Below, one piece after another: positions 48,771 to 57,213 of a stretch of DNA of 64,000 nt. The notes under the pieces were generated by a model, which was not told the DNA's origin, did not search any database, and was given only the letters and a program-made list of their open reading frames with translations. This DNA comes from an uncultured Chloroflexia bacterium (GTDB taxonomy: Bacteria; Chloroflexota; Limnocylindria; Limnocylindrales; CSP1-4). A program made the position numbers and the translations under genes. Location: assembly GCA_963728635.1 (NCBI GenBank), contig CAVSKR010000001.1, positions 110,116-174,115 of the forward strand, in the 5' to 3' direction. Position 1 is the first letter of the stretch, and every line of letters begins with the position of its first letter.

Positions 48771-49465
48771 GCCTCTCGATCCTCGTCCACGGCAGCGGCG
48801 GTGGGCAACCCGCGCCGACGCGAGCCCGACTCGCGGGTGTGGCCCGTCATCGTCGCGACCAACAGGCGGTCCATGGCGCGCTCGGCGGTCTCGAGAAGGT
48901 CAGTCGTCTCGGCTGTATCGAATCCGCGTCTGCGGGCCGCAACCGCGAGCTCGTGGTGGAACGGTGCGCGGAAGCGGAGGAAGCCCTCGACGGTCTGGCT
49001 GAGGGAGAGACGGAGCGTCGCCGCGACCTGCCCGTACTCGGCGGCTGTAGCCGACGCCGCCTTCAGGTGGTGGGCCGCGGTATCCGGTTGCGTGCTGTCA
49101 AGGTATTGGAGAAGGCTGGCGGCGAGGACCTGGCCTCGCTCGCGGAACAGGATCCGCTGATCGTCTGTGAGCTTGAGAACCCAGGGAAGCTCGGGGGCCG
49201 CCTCCCGGCTCGCCCGGCGGTATGTCCGCGCGATCCTGCTGGGCGAGAGCCCTGCGCCACCGATAGAAGGCCGCCGTGATCGATCAGCCGGGAGAAGACC
49301 CTCTAGCGCAGCCCGCGAGAAGCGTCGATGGCCGCCCGGCGTTGTGAACACCCGAAGACGACCGGCATCGCTCCAACGGCGCAGTGTGGCGGGCGAAACA
49401 CCAAGGACGCGGCTGGCCTCCGACAGGCCTACCCAGTCCGGATCCCGGGATGTGAGGCGGCTCAT
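48767..49465 (-). CDS. MerR/excisionase-type HTH regulator with all-helical C-terminal domain
   Basis: LSEASRVLGVSPATLRRWSDAG...TPGGHRRF; first gene of the hem operon, GTGA-coupled to hemA. Confidence 0.85.
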   Translation of the reverse strand: MSRLTSRDPDWVGLSEASRVLGVSPATLRRWSDAGRLRVFTTPGGHRRFSRAALEGLLPADRSRRPSIGGAGLSPSRIARTYRRASREAAPELPWVLKLTDDQRILFRERGQVLAASLLQYLDSTQPDTAAHHLKAASATAAEYGQVAATLRLSLSQTVEGFLRFRAPFHHELAVAARRRGFDTAETTDLLETAERAMDRLLVATMTGHTRESGSRRRGLPTAAAVDEDREA

Positions 49466-49467
49466 GA

Positions 49468-49514
49468 AACCTACTCAAATCTACCAGAACATCATCGACT
49501 CGCTCAATGTAGCA
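49468..49514 (-). promoter_or_regulatory. hem operon promoter and 10-bp-period direct repeats
   Basis: Extended -10 TGcTACATT (49506-49514); GTAGATT and GTAGGTT 10 bp apart between promoter and ATG. Confidence 0.5.
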
Positions 49515-49782
49515 CGGCGGAGGCGTTGAGTTCTCGCGTTGCTACGTATTGGAGCGGCGCGGCCAGGCGCGGTGTTGGGATGGGCATCTGACTCACCCCG
49601 AAAGCGGCGAGGCGGCAGGCCTGTCGCGAGTTCAGACGGTGGTGAGTGGCCTATCGGTAGGGCACCTGACTCCTGGATCAGGCGATCGTCAGACAGCGAT
49701 TGCGCGCTGCGCACCATCGCGGCCTGCCAATCGTCCACTCCCTCGATCGGGATCGACTTCATTCCGACGTGGGTACGCGAAC

Positions 49783-49806
49783 GTTCGAATCCTGTCGGGC
49801 GCGCCA
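49783..49806 (+). repeat. attR-like duplicated tRNA-Arg 3' end including CCA
   Basis: GTTCGAATCCTGTCGGGCGCGCCA. Confidence 0.85.
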
Positions 49807-49947
49807 TTTCATCCTTTTGGGGCAGTGCCAGCGCCAATCCGTGCGCGTAGGCCGCCGCGGTCAGCCGGACACCCACGATCTCCAGGCCCGCCCGCGGCTT
49901 TCCATCAGCCGATCCGGCCCACACCAGCCTGGATCGCCGGCACCCCG

Positions 49948-50349
49948 TCAGCGGCGTAGGTCCCGCCACACGACGACCGCTGCGATTGCGCGAAGAGGTG
50001 CCATCACGATCAGGTACGGAAGCGCGAAGAGCCACCCGAGGGCGAGGCTCAGCGGCGCCATCACGAGGGCCAGCGCTGCGCCACGAGGCCTGCCCTGCCT
50101 GAGCCACCGGCCGATGAGGACGTCGACGATCGAGACTGCGATAAGCAGCCACGCGAGGGCCCAGCCAAGTGGCGTCAGGCGATCGGTCCCGATCTCCGGG
50201 TACGGGCCGCCCAGCAGCCGCCAGCCGAACGGGCTCATCGGCAACTCACCCCGCTCTCGGTGGTACAGGAGGACGGCCAGGGTGGCGATGACCCAGCCGA
50301 CGCCCGGCACGGAGTAGATCGACCCCAGGACCCGATGCATGTGCGCCAC
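49948..50349 (-). CDS. Hypothetical membrane protein (paralog of the C-terminal half of the next gene)
   Basis: GELPMSPFGWRLLGGP...LGWLFALPYL. Confidence 0.7.
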   Translation of the reverse strand: MAHMHRVLGSIYSVPGVGWVIATLAVLLYHRERGELPMSPFGWRLLGGPYPEIGTDRLTPLGWALAWLLIAVSIVDVLIGRWLRQGRPRGAALALVMAPLSLALGWLFALPYLIVMAPLRAIAAVVVWRDLRR

Positions 50350-50371
50350 CGCCTTCGCTTCGGACTGCCCC

Positions 50372-51163
50372 TCAAGGTTGCCGGGCTGCGTTGAGGCCCC
50401 CGCGCCGAGCCTGCCACATGCCTACAAGGACCAGTCCCGCCCGCACGGGGACCCCGATCAGGAGGAGCGGCAGCGCGAACCCGAGGCCAAGAGCGAACAC
50501 AACGGGGTCGACCAGAAGCGCCAGTTGGACACCGCGCCGCTGTCCGCGCCAGAGCAGCAGCCCGGCCACCACGGAGACCACTGAGGCCGCGACGAGTGCG
50601 AAGCCGGCTGCCAGGAACCCTGTTCGCCCCAGCTCCTCGACCGGCCCTGAAAGGGCTCGAAACGAGAACATCATCGGGAGGTAGCCGTTGTCGGTGTAGA
50701 AGGCGAGGACGACGGGAACCGACGCACCGAAGGCAAGTCCGAGGAAGACGTACAGGGTTGCCGCAAGCCGGAGCCAACCAGTGCCGGGGGCCGCTGGCTC
50801 AGCGGATGCCACGACGATGTCTGGTCCCTCGTACCGCGTGCGCTTGCCCAGGATCATCCAGGCCGCGTAGCCGATGGCGGTTCCGGCCATGGCCAAGAAG
50901 GTATCTGTGATCCGGGCCTCGCCCCCTTGAAGGACGGCGAGGGTGCCGTAGACGGCGAGCCATGCGACGCCGAATACGACCGACGTCGCCACGGCGCGGC
51001 CCGGCGAGCGCAGCAGGAGCCAAGCCCCGACTGCAACCGTCGCAATCCCGAGGACGAGGGTGACGACGTACCCGTCCGGTTCGGTGCGAAAGACGAACGT
51101 GATCACGATTGAGAACAGCGCGGTCGCCAGCCACGCGATCCCGAGCGCCCTGAACCTGGTCAT
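50372..51163 (-). CDS. Hypothetical two-domain membrane protein
   Basis: 7-8 TM helices; GYLPMMFSFRALSGP...LGLGFALPLL. Confidence 0.72.
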   Translation of the reverse strand: MTRFRALGIAWLATALFSIVITFVFRTEPDGYVVTLVLGIATVAVGAWLLLRSPGRAVATSVVFGVAWLAVYGTLAVLQGGEARITDTFLAMAGTAIGYAAWMILGKRTRYEGPDIVVASAEPAAPGTGWLRLAATLYVFLGLAFGASVPVVLAFYTDNGYLPMMFSFRALSGPVEELGRTGFLAAGFALVAASVVSVVAGLLLWRGQRRGVQLALLVDPVVFALGLGFALPLLLIGVPVRAGLVLVGMWQARRGGLNAARQP

Positions 51164-51187
51164 CGACCCCTTCCCTTCCTGTCCCCT

Positions 51188-51229
51188 GTATACGCCGTAT
51201 ACCGAGGGGTGAGTCTACGACGTATACTC
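51188..51229. promoter_or_regulatory. Two palindromic TetR-type operators
   Basis: GTATACG-C-CGTATAC (51188-51202) and GAGTCTACG-A-CGTATACTC (51211-51229) between divergent genes. Confidence 0.7.
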
Positions 51230-51234
51230 CAGCT

Positions 51235-51903
51235 GTGCAAGCCCCTGGATCGTCCCGTCAAGCACTGTCAACCGACGCGGTCGTTGACGCTGCGCTGCAG
51301 ATGGCCGATGAAGGCGGACTCGATGCCGTCAGTCTCCGCAGACTCGCCTCCAAGTTCGGTGTCACGCCGATGGCGCTCTACCGACACGTCAGGGACAAGG
51401 ACCACCTCCTCGACCTGATGGCGGGTCGCCTGCTCGACGAGCTCGACGTGGCGACCGAGAGGGAGTCGACGTGGCAGGAGGAGTTACGCCGTCTCGGCGA
51501 CAGTTTCCTTGCGCTCGTCGCTGCCCACCCGGCGGCACCGTTCCTGCTTTCGCGCCCATTCGAGTCGCCCGGGTCGTTGCGGGTCAGTGTCGCGCTCTTC
51601 GAGATCCTCGATCGAGCTGGGTTCGATCCGCGCGACGCAGTCCACCTCCTGCAGGCGCTGACAGGCATGCTCCTGGGCCCGGCGGTCCACCGCGCCACGT
51701 ACGCGGCAGCAGCTGCCAGGAAGGGCTCGAGCGGACCGAGCGAGCCACCCGGAATGGCCACCGCGGCCGGGGGAGAGCCGGACTGGCGAGTCGACCAGCT
51801 GACTGCCTGGGCCGCTGGTCCCGACTCCGATCGCCTGGTCGTCGAGCTATGGGTCGCAGGAGTTCAAGGACTTGCCGCGAGTCAACCGCGAGCAGGCGCC
51901 TGA
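51235..51903 (+). CDS. TetR family regulator (TetR_C type)
   Basis: LSTDAVVDAAL...SLRRLASKFGVTPMALYRHV. Confidence 0.92.
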   Translation: MQAPGSSRQALSTDAVVDAALQMADEGGLDAVSLRRLASKFGVTPMALYRHVRDKDHLLDLMAGRLLDELDVATERESTWQEELRRLGDSFLALVAAHPAAPFLLSRPFESPGSLRVSVALFEILDRAGFDPRDAVHLLQALTGMLLGPAVHRATYAAAAARKGSSGPSEPPGMATAAGGEPDWRVDQLTAWAAGPDSDRLVVELWVAGVQGLAASQPRAGA

Positions 51904-51914
51904 GCCGGCCTCGT

Positions 51915-52343
51915 TCAGCCGGCGCGCCGCTCCAGCACGAAGACCGGGAGCACTCGGCTCGTCTTGCTCGGGTAGGCCGCGAACTCCGGGTAGAGCCGGG
52001 CGTGCTCGTCGTAGAGCCGCTGGCGCTCGTCGCCCTTCGCTTCGCGCGCGACGACCTGGAATGGGACGTTGGCGGTTTCGAACGTCGCTTCAGGGTGCGC
52101 GACGAGGTTGTGATACCAGGCGGGGTGCTCGTCGGCGCCGCCCTTCGTGGCTGCGATGACGAAGTCGTCTCCGTTGCGGTGGTAAGTCACGATCGCAGTC
52201 CGATCCTGGCCGGTCTTCGCCCCTTTGGAGGTCATGATCGCAAGCGGACGGCCGGCCAGCGGCCCGGACGACGGGGTGCCGCCGTTCGCGCGGAGGTCTT
52301 CGATCATGTTGCGGGTCCAGGCATCTGGGTCCCAGGTCGTCAT
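51915..52343 (-). CDS. Deazaflavin (F420)-dependent nitroreductase family protein (Ddn-like)
   Basis: KGAKTGQDR, ATKGGADEHPAWYHNLVAHP, YPSKTSRVLPVFVL. Confidence 0.92.
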   Translation of the reverse strand: MTTWDPDAWTRNMIEDLRANGGTPSSGPLAGRPLAIMTSKGAKTGQDRTAIVTYHRNGDDFVIAATKGGADEHPAWYHNLVAHPEATFETANVPFQVVAREAKGDERQRLYDEHARLYPEFAAYPSKTSRVLPVFVLERRAG

Positions 52344-52395
52344 CTGATTTGCCTCCCGTTCGGGATGTAGCGGGCCTCGCGGGATCGCGCCCGCG

Positions 52396-53379
52396 CTATC
52401 GGTCGAGTTCGACCGGTGTCACTTCGAGGGACACGATCGAGCCATCCCGCTCCACCCCGACCGGCACGCGCCGGCCGACCATCTCACCGACCATGACCCG
52501 CTGGAGATCGCCGACACCCTCGATCGGTTTGCCGTCGAGCTCGACGATCACGTCGCCGGCGCGGACCCCGGCGGCAGAAGCCGGGCTCCCATCGAGGAGT
52601 TGGATGACCTCGAGCCCCCGGCGGCGTCCGAGCCGCTCGGCAAGGGCCGCCCTGAGCGGGCGCGTGCCGCCGACGACCCCGAGGAACGCCCGCTTGACGC
52701 GGCCGTGGTGCATCAGCGACGTGAGGATCGCTCGTGTCCCGGTGTTGATCGGGACGGCCAGGCCGAGCCCGATCCCGGCGACGGCGGTGTTGATCCCGAC
52801 GACCCGGCCACGGCTGTCGGCCAGCGCGCCACCGGAGTTGCCGGGGTTGAGCGCGGCGTCGGTCTGGATGACGTTCTCGACGAGCCGGCTCGCCCGGCCG
52901 TCGCGCGCCGCAAGCGACCGCCCGAGTGCGCTCACGACGCCCGCGGTCACGCTGCCCGCAAAGCCGAGCGGGTTGCCGATCGCGACGACCAGCTGGCCGA
53001 CCTTCAGCTGGTCGGCATCGCCGAGCGGCGCGGCGGTGAGGCCGTTGCCCCCCGCACGAACGACCGCGAGATCCGACAGCGGGTCCCGCCCGACGACGTC
53101 GAACGTGATTTCCGTGCCATCGACGAACGTCGCAGTCCCGCCGCTCGCGCCAGCGACGACGTGCGCCGAGGTCAGGAGGTAGCCGTCCGGAGTGAACGCG
53201 ACGGCCGAGCCGGCGCCCCCACCCCAGCCGTTGTCACGGCGAACCCGAAGGCTCGCCACGGACGGGATCAGGCGCTCGGCCGCGGTGCTGACGGCAAGCG
53301 AGTACGCGTCGAGCGCATCGCGGTCGTCGATGTCGTTGAGGGTCTCGTCCGCTGCGATCGCGGATCGTTCGACGACCAT
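52396..53379 (-). CDS. S1C/HtrA-like serine protease with PDZ domain
   Basis: LTSAHVV, SDLAVV, QTDAALNPGNSGG, C-terminal PDZ. Confidence 0.93.
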   Translation of the reverse strand: MVVERSAIAADETLNDIDDRDALDAYSLAVSTAAERLIPSVASLRVRRDNGWGGGAGSAVAFTPDGYLLTSAHVVAGASGGTATFVDGTEITFDVVGRDPLSDLAVVRAGGNGLTAAPLGDADQLKVGQLVVAIGNPLGFAGSVTAGVVSALGRSLAARDGRASRLVENVIQTDAALNPGNSGGALADSRGRVVGINTAVAGIGLGLAVPINTGTRAILTSLMHHGRVKRAFLGVVGGTRPLRAALAERLGRRRGLEVIQLLDGSPASAAGVRAGDVIVELDGKPIEGVGDLQRVMVGEMVGRRVPVGVERDGSIVSLEVTPVELDR

Positions 53380-53386
53380 CGCTGGG

Positions 53387-54286
53387 TTACGCCTCCCCGG
53401 ACGCGCTGGCTGTCCCGCCGACCGACACCGTTCGCTCGTCGGTGCCGCGGACGACCTTGATCTCGAACGGCATCGGGTTCGAGGCGATGGCCTCCTGGAG
53501 CTGGTCCGCTTCCGTGACGACCGTTCCCGCGATCTCCACGATCAGGTCGCCGTCGCGGATCCCGGCACGGGCGGCGGGGCTGTCGTCCTCGACGCCTCGG
53601 ACGAGAACGCCGTCACGCTCGGGGAGCCCGACCGACCGACGGAGGTGGCGGGCGACTCGGGCCGGAGCCACGGCGATCCCAAGCCGGGGTCGCTCGACGG
53701 ACTCCCCGCGAGAGAGTGCCTCGACTCGCGATCGGAGCGCGCTGTCCGCCGGAAGGGCCAGGTAGAAGCCCTCGCCGATCCGATTGGTGTTCAGTCCGAT
53801 CAGGCGGGCGTCCGCATCGAGAAGGGGTCCACCGGACGAACCGGGAGCCATCGGCGCCGTGTGCTCGAGGCTGCCGCCGATCTGCCGGCCGCCGGGGCCG
53901 CGGAACGCTCGCTCGATCGCACTGATCGACCCGAATGTGACCCGAGCGCCTCCGCCTGGCGTCGCGGCGCCGGCGAAGATGATCGACCCGGCCGAGGGGC
54001 CGTCGCCGTCAGCCCAGGCAAGCGGGACCGCCCCGGCCGTGTCGACTGCGATGACGGCAAGGTCGCCGTCGACGTCGATGCCTGCGAGGCGGCCGGTCGC
54101 GGTGCGGCCGTCGGCGAAGGTCACGCTGACCTCATCACCACGGACGTTGTGCGCGTTCGTGAGAACCTGGCCGTCAGCGAAGACGACGCCGGACCCGCGA
54201 AGTCTCGAGCCGATGCCGACGATCGAGGGCGTCGCGGTTTCGGTGAGTCGGGTCAAGGCCTGGGAAAGCTCGTCGAGAGCGGTCAT
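53387..54286 (-). CDS. S1C/HtrA-like serine protease with PDZ domain (divergent paralog)
   Basis: LTNAHNV, GDLAVI, APGSSGGP, PDZ (SPAARAGIRDGDLI). Confidence 0.9.
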   Translation of the reverse strand: MTALDELSQALTRLTETATPSIVGIGSRLRGSGVVFADGQVLTNAHNVRGDEVSVTFADGRTATGRLAGIDVDGDLAVIAVDTAGAVPLAWADGDGPSAGSIIFAGAATPGGGARVTFGSISAIERAFRGPGGRQIGGSLEHTAPMAPGSSGGPLLDADARLIGLNTNRIGEGFYLALPADSALRSRVEALSRGESVERPRLGIAVAPARVARHLRRSVGLPERDGVLVRGVEDDSPAARAGIRDGDLIVEIAGTVVTEADQLQEAIASNPMPFEIKVVRGTDERTVSVGGTASASGEA

Positions 54287-54337
54287 GAACGGAAATCTCC
54301 TCGCCGGGTCAGGGCGGCTTGCGGTAGTGAGTTGTCA

Positions 54338-54352
54338 GTTGCGACTTGCAAC
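54338..54352. promoter_or_regulatory. Palindromic operator, probably for the adjacent HxlR regulator
   Basis: GTTGC-GACTT-GCAAC next to a minus-strand TAGTAT -10. Confidence 0.5.
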
Positions 54353-54405
54353 ATACTACGCCGATGAACACCGTGCAAGCGTCGACATCCCATACCATGG
54401 CCAGC

Positions 54406-54859
54406 GTGAGTGAGACGACGACGCCCTATCCGCCGGCCCGCTCCGAGGGCCCCCCTCGAGGCGGCGCTGGAGCGCGTCGGCGATCGCTGGAGCCTTCTGC
54501 TCGTCGACGCGCTGCTCGCCGGCGGCCGTCGGTTCGGCGAGCTCCGCGAAGAGCTGCCGGGCCTCGCCCCGAACATCCTCACCGAGCGGCTCCGGCGGCT
54601 GGAGCGCGAGGGGATCGTGATCGCAACGCCCTACTCGACGCGTCCGCCGCGGATGGAATACTCGCTCACCGGCGACGGTCGCGACCTGGCGTCGGCGCTG
54701 CGCTTGCTCGCCGACTGGGGCTCGCGACGCAACGAGCTCGGAGACCCCCTTCGGCACGATCGCTGCGGGACGCCCCTCGAAGCCCGCTGGTATTGCCCGA
54801 CGTGCACCTCCGCGGTCAGCGACGCGGAGACGGGCGGTCGCGAGACGCGGGTCCTCTGA
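54406..54859 (+). CDS. HxlR family winged-helix regulator with C-terminal HxxC/CxxC; start/frameshift uncertain near 54455
   Basis: LERVGDRWSLLL, RRFGEL, LTERLRRLE, EYSLT; HDRCG...YCPTC. Confidence 0.87.
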
Positions 54860-54939
54860 CCTCAAGGAGTCGGCGCCGCGGTGGTTCCTGTCGGAGTACC
54901 TGGTCGACGTGCCTCCCATCGACGGATAGGGCCGCTCCG

Positions 54940-56085
54940 TCAGCCCGGTGAGGCCGGCGCCCAGGCATAGATGTCGTATGCCGCCCGCTTGTGGGTCACC
55001 TGCCAGACGAACGTGCCCTCGAGGTCGATGATCCAGAGATCGTTCGACGCGCGCTCGCCGCGCCGGACGAGGAGATGCGATCCATCGGGCGACCAGGCCG
55101 GCATCGTGATGTCTTCGGAAAGATCCTTCGGGGTGACCGCCTTGGCACCCGTTCCGTCCGGCTTGATCAGTGAGATGAGCGCCGCGGCGTCGCCCGAGGC
55201 CGCGTAGCCGATCCACTCCCCGCTCGGTGACCAGGAGGCGCCCCACCTGTCGCCGAACTCGGTGACCTGAAGCGCCTCGCCGTCGACGCCGTCGACGATG
55301 AACAGCGCGTTGCCGTCCGCGCCGTGCCCGACTCGCCATGCGGTGAACGCGAACCGACGGCCGTCGGCCGAGAGCCCGGTCCCGGTGATCTCCGTCTTTG
55401 TGCCTTCGGGGTTGAGCTGACGCAGGCCGTTGCCGTCGGCCGCGATGACGTAGACGTTGCCGGCGTGGTGGAAGCCGTTGTCCGTGTTCTCCCCGAGGTC
55501 GCCGTGGAAGTAGATGTGCGACCCGTTCGCGGACATGCCGATCGGATCGATGCCCAGGACGCCGTCGGGCACCGGCGTCACCTGGTGGAGGTCGGTGAGG
55601 TCCGTCTTCGCCGTCCACACTCCGGACCGCGTCGGATCCGTCTCGTCCCACCCGAAGAACGCGACGTGGCGTCCATCGGCGCTGCCGAATCCGGGTGCAA
55701 GGCTGAGGGTCGGGATGTCGGGCACGTGGACGACCCGATCGCTGCCGTCTGGATCGAGCGTCGTGTATGCGAGGGCGGCCGCGGTCTCGGTCACGGTCCA
55801 GATCTGCGACCCGTCGGCCGACCACCGGATGCATGCGCAGCCCCGCGTCTCGAAGAGCGCGTGCTCGTTCCCGCCATCTGAGTCGACAGTGAAGTACCGC
55901 TCGACCTCGTCGCGGTCGACGCGCATGTAGGCGATCCGGCCCGGCGGGACCTTCGAGACGTCGTTGGAGGGCGTCGCAGACGGGGAGCTCGCACCGGCTT
56001 GCGTGGGGTCGGCGCCGGCCGAACTGCCGAGGCCCGCATTGCAACCGGTGAGGGCGAGCGCGAGGACGACGATGACGGCTTTCAT
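54940..56085 (-). CDS. TolB-like (PD40/WD40 beta-propeller) lipoprotein
   Basis: LTGC lipobox; repeated WSADG/WSPSG/WSPDG blades. Confidence 0.85.
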   Translation of the reverse strand: MKAVIVVLALALTGCNAGLGSSAGADPTQAGASSPSATPSNDVSKVPPGRIAYMRVDRDEVERYFTVDSDGGNEHALFETRGCACIRWSADGSQIWTVTETAAALAYTTLDPDGSDRVVHVPDIPTLSLAPGFGSADGRHVAFFGWDETDPTRSGVWTAKTDLTDLHQVTPVPDGVLGIDPIGMSANGSHIYFHGDLGENTDNGFHHAGNVYVIAADGNGLRQLNPEGTKTEITGTGLSADGRRFAFTAWRVGHGADGNALFIVDGVDGEALQVTEFGDRWGASWSPSGEWIGYAASGDAAALISLIKPDGTGAKAVTPKDLSEDITMPAWSPDGSHLLVRRGERASNDLWIIDLEGTFVWQVTHKRAAYDIYAWAPASPG

Positions 56086-56225
56086 GGCGTGGTGCCTCCT
56101 GCTTTCGCCCACCAAGGCGAGCGGGGCATCACGGTTCGTTCCATCTCGGTCGAGATAGGAGCGCCCGGCCGCAGATCCTGGCGCTCGTGCCGAACGGCCG
56201 ACGGTCGAGGCCTAAGCTGTGGCCG

Positions 56226-57125
56226 ATGGCGTCACCGCAGACCGGCATCTTCGCGCTCGGCACCGCGTCACACGCGTACCTCGAATTCGAGCTCATCGCA
56301 CCCGCTGAAGCCGCCGCGGCGTTCTCGCTCGTCGCCTCCCTCCGCGAACCGCGGACGACGATCGGCGGGGTCAACCTCGTCGCCGGCTTTCGACCGGAGA
56401 CGTGGGCAGCGGTCGCCCCGGACGCTGCTCCACCGGGCGTCATCGGCTTCAACGAACCGCTGGTCGGCCCGACCGGCGTCGTGCTGGCATCGACCCAGCA
56501 CGATGTCGTGATCTGGCTCACCGGCGCGGCATACGACGTGGTCTTCGACCTGTCGCACGGCATCGTCGCGGCGCTCGAGGGCCACGCCGTCCTCGCGCAC
56601 GAGATGGTCGGCTGGCCGTACCACCACGACCTCGACCTGACCGGCTTCATCGACGGCACCGAGAACCCGACGCTGGTCGAGGCCACGAGCGTGGCACTCA
56701 TCCCGCCCGGTTCGCCAGGCGAGGACGGCTCGATCCTCCTTCTACAACAGTGGAAGCACGACGCGATGGCGTGGGAGGGCCTGCCGGTGCCCACCCAGGA
56801 GGAGATCATCGGCCGCCGCAAGGCCGACAGCGCCGAGCTCGACCCGCCGCCGCCGACCTCGCACGTCGCACGCACGGACCAGGACGCTTTCGGGAAGATC
56901 TTCCGGCGGAACATCGCCTATGGCACCGTTGCCGACCACGGCACGATCTTCGTCGGCTTCAGCGCGGAGCAGCGGATCCTGGTCACGATGCTGGAGAGCA
57001 TGGTCGGCGTCGGAGATGGTCCGCCCGATGCGCTCACGACGGTCGCCCAAGCCGTCTCGGGTGCGTACTACTACATCCCGTCGGCCGACCGGCTCGCTGC
57101 CCTTGGTGCCGAGCGTCCAGCCTGA
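56226..57125 (+). CDS. Dyp-type heme peroxidase (YfeX-like, cytoplasmic)
   Basis: QTGIF, DLTGFIDGTENP (GxxDG), SHVART (proximal His), IFRRN; no signal peptide. Confidence 0.92.
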   Translation: MASPQTGIFALGTASHAYLEFELIAPAEAAAAFSLVASLREPRTTIGGVNLVAGFRPETWAAVAPDAAPPGVIGFNEPLVGPTGVVLASTQHDVVIWLTGAAYDVVFDLSHGIVAALEGHAVLAHEMVGWPYHHDLDLTGFIDGTENPTLVEATSVALIPPGSPGEDGSILLLQQWKHDAMAWEGLPVPTQEEIIGRRKADSAELDPPPPTSHVARTDQDAFGKIFRRNIAYGTVADHGTIFVGFSAEQRILVTMLESMVGVGDGPPDALTTVAQAVSGAYYYIPSADRLAALGAERPA

Positions 57126-57213
57126 GGGATCTGCCCGGGGCGTCCGAATCTGCCCGGTGGCGCGTTAACTAGGGCGAGTGTTCCTCTTTCCCACTCGATC
57201 TGGCAGGGGCTTG

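Larger units (their letters stand above)
40793..49804. mobile_element. tRNA-Arg-anchored genomic island carrying the heme operon (no integrase)
   Basis: 22-bp direct repeat GTTCGAATCCTGTCGGGCGCGC at 40793-40814 and 49783-49804. Confidence 0.7.

Noticed and set aside
48767-49465. Excisionase of the island
   Set aside because: It has a long C-terminal domain and is translationally coupled to hemA; a regulator is more plausible, though a moonlighting role cannot be excluded.
49520-49782. Integrase remnant or riboswitch next to attR
   Set aside because: No tyrosine or serine recombinase motifs recognisable in the listed frames and no riboswitch consensus seen; may be decayed sequence.
390-54460. 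Frameshifts at about 395, 2390, 15550, 22620, 36495, 37930 and 54455 as pseudogenes or programmed frameshifting
   Set aside because: Single-base shifts in otherwise intact, unrelated genes, some in C/G runs, with no shared slippery motif; most simply long-read indel errors. Needs read polishing to confirm.
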